DNA of 64,000 nt from Patescibacteria group bacterium (GTDB lineage: Bacteria > Patescibacteriota > Microgenomatia > UBA1400 > PJMF01), in NCBI GenBank assembly GCA_016861085.1, contig BOKR01000001.1, positions 195,271 through 259,270 on the forward strand, written 5' to 3'. This document shows, in pieces, positions 58,703 through 64,000 of this stretch. The position numbers and the translations under genes are program-made. The notes beneath the pieces were generated by a model, which did not search any database, was not told where the DNA came from, and was given only the letters and a program-made list of their open reading frames with translations. Numbering within the stretch: position 1 is the first letter of the stretch; each line of letters begins with the position of its first letter.

Positions 58703-61030
58703 CTAAGTCAATTCCCTAATAATATCCCTAATAATCGCCGCCAGCTCAAAATCCATGTCCTTCACCGCTTGATTCATGCGTCGCTGTAGTTTTTTTGTTA
58801 ACTTTATTTTATCGTCTGGAGTGAGTGCATTTGAATCTATCTTGAGCAAATCTATTTGTTCACCCTTATTAAGACTGACAACCAACTTACTATCCTCTGA
58901 TTCAAGATCAAGACCACTGCCCCTCTTTTTCTTTTTGTTCTTGTTTTGTTGTTGAATCAATTTCTCTCTGATTGGTTTGGTGATAGATTGCGGATCAATG
59001 CCATGCTCTTGATTAAAGGTAATCTGAATTTTTCTTCTGCGCAGCGTTTCTTCGATGGCTAGCTTCATCGAACCAGTTAAGCGATCTGCATATAAAATCG
59101 AATGTCCCTCTACATGACGTGCAGCTCTTCCCATGGTTTGAATCATAGAGGTTCTTGAACGCAAAAAGCCTTCTTTGTCAGCATCTAGAATCGCTACCAA
59201 AGAAACTTCTGGTAAATCAAGACCTTCACGAAGCAAGTTAATTCCCACCAACACGTCATATTCTCCCCTACGCAGGTCATCCAGAATATCAGAACGCTCT
59301 AAGGTGTCTATATCTGAGTGCAGATATGCCACTTTTGGGTATTCAAACTCGTCTAAGTTAACCTGGTCAGCAGTTTTTACCTGCGAGCGAATATGTGAAA
59401 AGAACTTTTCATCAATTTTACCGATTTCCATTTGTTCGATTGGCAGATCTTCTTGTTGCCAAATAGTCGTTTCCAGTTCATCTTGTTCTTGTGCTGTAGT
59501 TTTACCCTGTTGTTTCTTTTTATATGAGGCAATCAAAGTGTCAATTTTGTTTTTGTCGTTTAAATAATCAGTCAACGCTTCAGCCATTTTTTTTGTTAGG
59601 GTTGTAACGAGGGTTCTTTGCCCTATTTGCTTGCGTTTAATTACTTCAACAACAAGATCCTCAATTTGCCCAGCGGTTGGTCGCAGTTCTATGGTTGGGT
59701 CCACCAACCCTGTTGGGCGAATCAACTGCTCAACAATTTTATTTTCACTTAACTTTATTTCGGTCTCATTTGGCGTAGCTGAAACATAGGTCATGATGTC
59801 GGTTTTACCCATGAACTCTTCAATAGTAAGTGGGCGGTTATCTATGGCACTTGGCAATCTGAAACCATAGTCAATGAGCGTTTGTTTGCGAGATTGGTCA
59901 CCATGATACATGCCTTTAATTTGTGGCAGTGTCATGTGGCTTTCGTCAATGATAGTTAAAAACTGCCCTCCAGAAAACTCGTCAGCATTGTGTTGCAGAT
60001 AGTCAATAAGCGTAAATGGTGGATCACCTGGCTTACGATTATCAAAATATCTTGAGTAATTTTCAATTCCATTCACGAACCCAAACTCTTGCATTTGTCC
60101 AAGATCATAGGTAACTTTTTGTTCTAATCGATATGCCTCAACGATTTTTCCTGCTTCTCGCAGTTCTTTGAGTCGTAGTTGTAGGTCAGCTTTAATTTCT
60201 GCAATAGCTTGAGTTTGACTTTTTGGATCCATTAAATAGTGTTTGGCTGGATAGATGATAAAGCGTTTTTGCTCTGGATTGTATTTGATACCCGAATTAC
60301 TTTCACTTTGGTGAATGTTTGCATTTCCGGGAGCAACAACTAAGCCGCTGATAGGATCAATCCACTTAATTGATTCAATTACATTCTCAAAAGTATCGAT
60401 TCGCAGGGCCTTATCTTCATATGCTGGCCAGAGTTGAATACTATCGCCACGAATTCTATAGGTGCCGCGAGCAAATTCTGTTTCAGAACGATCATATTGT
60501 AAATTAGCAAGTTGAAGCAGTAAAGATTCCCGGGACAACACTTGTCCGACCACTAATTCAAGTGTGTACTTTCCATACTCTACTGGAGAACCCAGGTTAT
60601 AGATACATGAAACTGAAGCAATCACAATACAATCTGGCCTGGTTAACAGATTCGTTGTTGCACTTAAACGCAGTTTATCAATTTCGTCATTAATGGTAGC
60701 TTCTTTTTCGATGTATGTGTCTGTGGTTGGAATATATGCCTCTGGTTGATAGTAATCGTAGTAAGAGACAAAATAACTGACGGCATTTTCTGGGAAAAAG
60801 TCGCGGAACTCCTGATATAGTTGGGCGGCTAAGGTTTTGTTATGGGCGATGATGAGTGTTGGTTTTTGAATTTGTTCAATTACATTAGCCATAGTAAATG
60901 TTTTACCTGACCCGGTTACACCTAACAACGTATGATGACGCTTGCCAAACTGAATGTCAGCAACGAGCTCGCGAATCGCTTGTGGTTGATCTCCAGTTGG
61001 TTGAAATCTGGATTGTAACTTAAATTTCAT
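58703..61030 (-). CDS. uvrB: Excinuclease ABC subunit B with internal insertion
   Basis: GVTGSGKT, YYDYYQPEAY, DESH, GINLLREGLD, GRAAR. Confidence 0.97.
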   Translation of the reverse strand: MKFKLQSRFQPTGDQPQAIRELVADIQFGKRHHTLLGVTGSGKTFTMANVIEQIQKPTLIIAHNKTLAAQLYQEFRDFFPENAVSYFVSYYDYYQPEAYIPTTDTYIEKEATINDEIDKLRLSATTNLLTRPDCIVIASVSCIYNLGSPVEYGKYTLELVVGQVLSRESLLLQLANLQYDRSETEFARGTYRIRGDSIQLWPAYEDKALRIDTFENVIESIKWIDPISGLVVAPGNANIHQSESNSGIKYNPEQKRFIIYPAKHYLMDPKSQTQAIAEIKADLQLRLKELREAGKIVEAYRLEQKVTYDLGQMQEFGFVNGIENYSRYFDNRKPGDPPFTLIDYLQHNADEFSGGQFLTIIDESHMTLPQIKGMYHGDQSRKQTLIDYGFRLPSAIDNRPLTIEEFMGKTDIMTYVSATPNETEIKLSENKIVEQLIRPTGLVDPTIELRPTAGQIEDLVVEVIKRKQIGQRTLVTTLTKKMAEALTDYLNDKNKIDTLIASYKKKQQGKTTAQEQDELETTIWQQEDLPIEQMEIGKIDEKFFSHIRSQVKTADQVNLDEFEYPKVAYLHSDIDTLERSDILDDLRRGEYDVLVGINLLREGLDLPEVSLVAILDADKEGFLRSRTSMIQTMGRAARHVEGHSILYADRLTGSMKLAIEETLRRRKIQITFNQEHGIDPQSITKPIREKLIQQQNKNKKKKRGSGLDLESEDSKLVVSLNKGEQIDLLKIDSNALTPDDKIKLTKKLQRRMNQAVKDMDFELAAIIRDIIRELT

Positions 61031-61073
61031 TAATCTTGTATTATACTGTATCCGGGTATAAAATGCGGGTGCT

Positions 61074-61853
61074 ATGCAAAAACAAACACAACTTACCCCC
61101 AAGAGAAAAGAAGTTGAGGGATCAGTGGTTACTGGAAGGCAAACACTTTCTGAGCTACCAAAGATTAAAGAAGTAATAAGTCAAGTTCCTGAGGTCAAGT
61201 TTGGCCGAATTAATCAATTAGCCCAAGATTTAGCCAATGAAATTTATCACCAACTTAGGTACTCAGGTCTCTACTCTGCTGTAGGTCAGGGTTCATTCCG
61301 AGTTGCTGGTAAAAATGAAGAAATTATTATTGGAAGTCCGGTACACCAAATGATTCAAGAGTTCTTTGCTCTTTCGCGGTTACTAGCTTCTCACCAAATG
61401 GCACCAAGAGGAACAGTTTTATTAAACACGATGTGTATTTATTTGGGGTTAGCTCTTGTGAATGATCAGAGTCTGGTTAGAAATGAGAGCCGCAAAAGAC
61501 TCTTACTTGAAACTTTAAACTTGTATCAAATGCCAGTGGGGCTCTATAGTCCCCGAGGGGAAATGGCCCACCCTGAAGCAGTGCAACCGGCGGTACTTTT
61601 TGATATGCAGGAAATCGAAAAGCAATTATTGGTTTTTAGACGGAAAACTGGAAAAGTCAAAGTAGATGTAATTGCATATAATGCTTTGGTGAACAGACTA
61701 AGCTTGCTCTTAAAGACTCATAAAAAAGATCGAGTCATTCAGGATTGGTGTGAGCACAAATTAAAGGAGCTTGAGGTTTTTGCGCAAAGTTTGGCAGCAA
61801 AGATGCAAATCATGGAACTCAATAAGAGGAGCTTATATCGATGGCAAAAGTAA
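61074..61853 (+). CDS. Hypothetical helical protein
   Basis: 259-aa ORF overlapping the start of the PduO-type gene. Confidence 0.65.
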   Translation: MQKQTQLTPKRKEVEGSVVTGRQTLSELPKIKEVISQVPEVKFGRINQLAQDLANEIYHQLRYSGLYSAVGQGSFRVAGKNEEIIIGSPVHQMIQEFFALSRLLASHQMAPRGTVLLNTMCIYLGLALVNDQSLVRNESRKRLLLETLNLYQMPVGLYSPRGEMAHPEAVQPAVLFDMQEIEKQLLVFRRKTGKVKVDVIAYNALVNRLSLLLKTHKKDRVIQDWCEHKLKELEVFAQSLAAKMQIMELNKRSLYRWQK

Positions 61854-62404
61854 CTTCAATTACAACAAAAAAAGGCGATGCAGGTGAAAGCTATTTAGCA
61901 GATGGCAAAAAGTTGCCTAAAGATAATTTGGTATTTGAAGTGTTGGGCAATATTGACGAGTTAAATTCACACATTGGCATGGTTGTGGCCCAGCTACGAG
62001 CCACGGTTGTGGTTCAGAAAGAACTGTTGATTGAGCAGCTAGAAGAAGCACAATCAAACTTATATTTGTTAAGTGGAATGGTTGCAGATGCACCAAAGTT
62101 GAGTTTTCCAAAATCAAAGCTAGACAAAATCGAAAAGAACGCAGATGCATTGCAGCAGCAAATGGCCGAAGGATGGACAACCAAGTTTTTATATCCGGGT
62201 GGCAGTGTGATCGGTGCTTATGTGGATATTACTAGAAGTGTGTGTCGCAGATGCGAACGAGTTATTGTGGCTTACTCAAGAGAACAGGCCGTGAAGCCAA
62301 TTGTTTTACAATATGTTAATCGATTGTCGGATTACCTTTTTATTTTGCGCTGCTTTGTAAATCTCCAATTTGGGGTGCGAGAGAAGCAGTTTTCAAAAGG
62401 GTAA
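61841..62404 (+). CDS. PduO-type cob(I)alamin adenosyltransferase family protein
   Basis: TKKGDAG, GNIDELNS, RSVCRRCER, NRLSDYLF. Confidence 0.88.
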   Translation: MAKVTSITTKKGDAGESYLADGKKLPKDNLVFEVLGNIDELNSHIGMVVAQLRATVVVQKELLIEQLEEAQSNLYLLSGMVADAPKLSFPKSKLDKIEKNADALQQQMAEGWTTKFLYPGGSVIGAYVDITRSVCRRCERVIVAYSREQAVKPIVLQYVNRLSDYLFILRCFVNLQFGVREKQFSKG

Positions 62405-62580
62405 TTTGCGATAATTTTTATCACAAAATATATCAAATAGAATCAAAAAATATCAAAACAGGACTAAATTGGCCTGGTATAGAGCGTAATTTTTTTTGTA
62501 GCGAGAATTAGCAATATATATCTTTGTCTGCTAATTCTCGCTATACCAGTGTTAAAAAAGTTTGTACTAGCTTTCTACTT

Positions 62581-63201
62581 TTAATACGTAAATCTACGGA
62601 TTAATCCCACTACTCTACCCTGAATTTTTACGTTGGTTGCGTAAATTGGGCTCATACTTGAATTTGCTGGTTCAAGTCTAATTCTGGTAACTTCTTTGTA
62701 GTATCGTTTGAGTGTTGCAAGGCCATTATCAAGCAGTGCAACCACGATGTCACCATTATTTACAGCTGAAGTTTCTTCTATGACCACATAGTCTCCGTCA
62801 TCAATGTGATCCTCAATCATTGAAAGACCTTTAACCTGCAAGACATAAGAGCGTTTTTTCCCGCTGACAATTTCTGGGGAAACTTTAAACGTAGCATCTT
62901 GGTCTGGGTGTGGGTCTATTGGAGAACCAGCAGCGATGAATCCAAGAAATGGTAGATCAATGCTATCAGACATTTTAATGAAGGTCCTGTCTAGTAACTC
63001 GATACCTCGGACTGCTCCTTCATGTTTTCTGATCACTTTTTTGCGAATCAAAGCTTGAATATGCTCATGTACTGTAGCAAGGGAGGAAACACCAATTGAA
63101 TCAGCAATTTCTCGCAGAGTTGGGGAGTAACCATTCTTTTGTATATATTGAGCAATAAAATCAACGATCTGTCTTTGGCGTTTGTATAGAGTAATTGCCA
63201 T
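62581..63201 (-). CDS. lexA: SOS repressor LexA
   Basis: PTLREI wHTH, AAG cleavage site, GLSM, TLKR. Confidence 0.96.
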   Translation of the reverse strand: MAITLYKRQRQIVDFIAQYIQKNGYSPTLREIADSIGVSSLATVHEHIQALIRKKVIRKHEGAVRGIELLDRTFIKMSDSIDLPFLGFIAAGSPIDPHPDQDATFKVSPEIVSGKKRSYVLQVKGLSMIEDHIDDGDYVVIEETSAVNNGDIVVALLDNGLATLKRYYKEVTRIRLEPANSSMSPIYATNVKIQGRVVGLIRRFTY

Positions 63202-63270
63202 AGTTGTTTTTCCCCTTTTTGATACTTTCTGTTTGTTTTGGTTCGGGCGTATCTATCCCGAAGTTGACTC

Positions 63271-63300
63271 AGCATAACCGAAGTAGTAGCGAACATTCAA
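63271..63300 (-). promoter_or_regulatory. lexA promoter with putative direct-repeat operator TTCG-N7-TTCG
   Basis: TTGAAT-N18-TATGCT with GTTCGCTACTACTTCGG in the spacer. Confidence 0.6.
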
Positions 63301-63459
63301 CTAGATCTTTAGAAATCAAAACAGATCAAAAATCAACAGTGTCGAGGAAACTATTAATTTTGGGTATTTCTAACTATTGCATTGGTAGAGGGGATAGAGT
63401 TTGTAAAAGCAAACATGACGAGCTTGTGTCAGGTCGTTTGCGTTGTAAACTCCTGCCCC

Positions 63460-64000
63460 CTATATCAGTGCTCTACCTGTCATAGACGCAGGCTTTGAAA
63501 TTCCCATAATTTTGAGCATGGTAGGCGCGATATCTGCCAGTATTCCTGTTGGTAACATCATGGGTTGGTTTAAATATTGTTTTCCAATAATGATTAATGG
63601 GACTGGGTATGCTGAGTGCTCTGTGTCGATTTCACCAGTCTCATTATTAATCATTTCTTCAACATTCCCATGGTCAGCGGTAATTAAGAGCACCCCACCT
63701 TTGGCCATAATAATGGTAGCAATTTTTCCAATAACTTCATCAACAATTTCACAGGCTTTGATAGCTGCTTCAAGGTTACCAGTGTGTCCAACCATATCGC
63801 CATTACAGATGTTTGCAATGATCACGTCATATTTATCTTGTTGAATTCTATCTATCATCTCGTTGGCGATCTCATAAGCGCTCATTTCTGGAGCCTGATC
63901 ATAAGACTTCACCCCTTTAGATGGAATAATAATTCGATCTTCTCCTGGATACATCACGTCTTGCTGACCATTCATATAGTATGTAACAAAGCGCTCTTTT
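63460..64000 (-). CDS. gpmI: 2,3-BPG-independent phosphoglycerate mutase (C-terminal part)
   Basis: PEMSA, DMVGHTG, TADHGNVE, TEH. Confidence 0.95.
   Translation of the reverse strand, partial: KERFVTYYMNGQQDVMYPGEDRIIIPSKGVKSYDQAPEMSAYEIANEMIDRIQQDKYDVIIANICNGDMVGHTGNLEAAIKACEIVDEVIGKIATIIMAKGGVLLITADHGNVEEMINNETGEIDTEHSAYPVPLIIIGKQYLNQPMMLPTGILADIAPTMLKIMGISKPASMTGRALI

Noticed and set aside
59336-59560. Intein in UvrB
   Set aside because: No N-terminal Cys/Ser or C-terminal His-Asn splice motifs, and too short.

Overview
This 64-kb window is AT-rich, gene-dense bacterial chromosome using the standard code (TGA is a stop). The 16S signatures, domain-trimmed proteins and gene content point to a Patescibacteria/CPR organism of the Microgenomates group (inference). 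It is mostly housekeeping: nusB, rpmF, recG, tyrS, pheST, a class A PBP, infC-rpmI-rplT, tig, miaAB, uppP, gap, pcrA, tpiA, lon, mnmA, truB, uvrABC, lexA and gpmI, plus three tRNAs, RNase P RNA and a stand-alone 16S gene. I found no CRISPR array, IS or prophage. Main observations: (1) an unannotated 16-aa Phe-rich leader peptide with a complete terminator/antiterminator switch upstream of pheST, i.e. a pheM-like attenuator; (2) a cluster of four ATP-grasp ligases, a DUF1704/MATCAP-like carboxypeptidase, a RimB-like pseudo-protease domain and a 7TM protein ending in EEEE, a candidate glutamylation writer/eraser system; (3) TANNNT boxes 5-13 nt before about 20 start codons, suggesting near-leaderless mRNAs; (4) an ACP-like protein lacking its Ser and a degenerate PyrH paralog; (5) dual coding of the UvrC nuclease motif and a transglutaminase membrane anchor; (6) a recurrent AT-x-SA motif in exported proteins; (7) comM broken by one in-frame TAA. 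All calls come from reading motifs by eye; no database searches were run.
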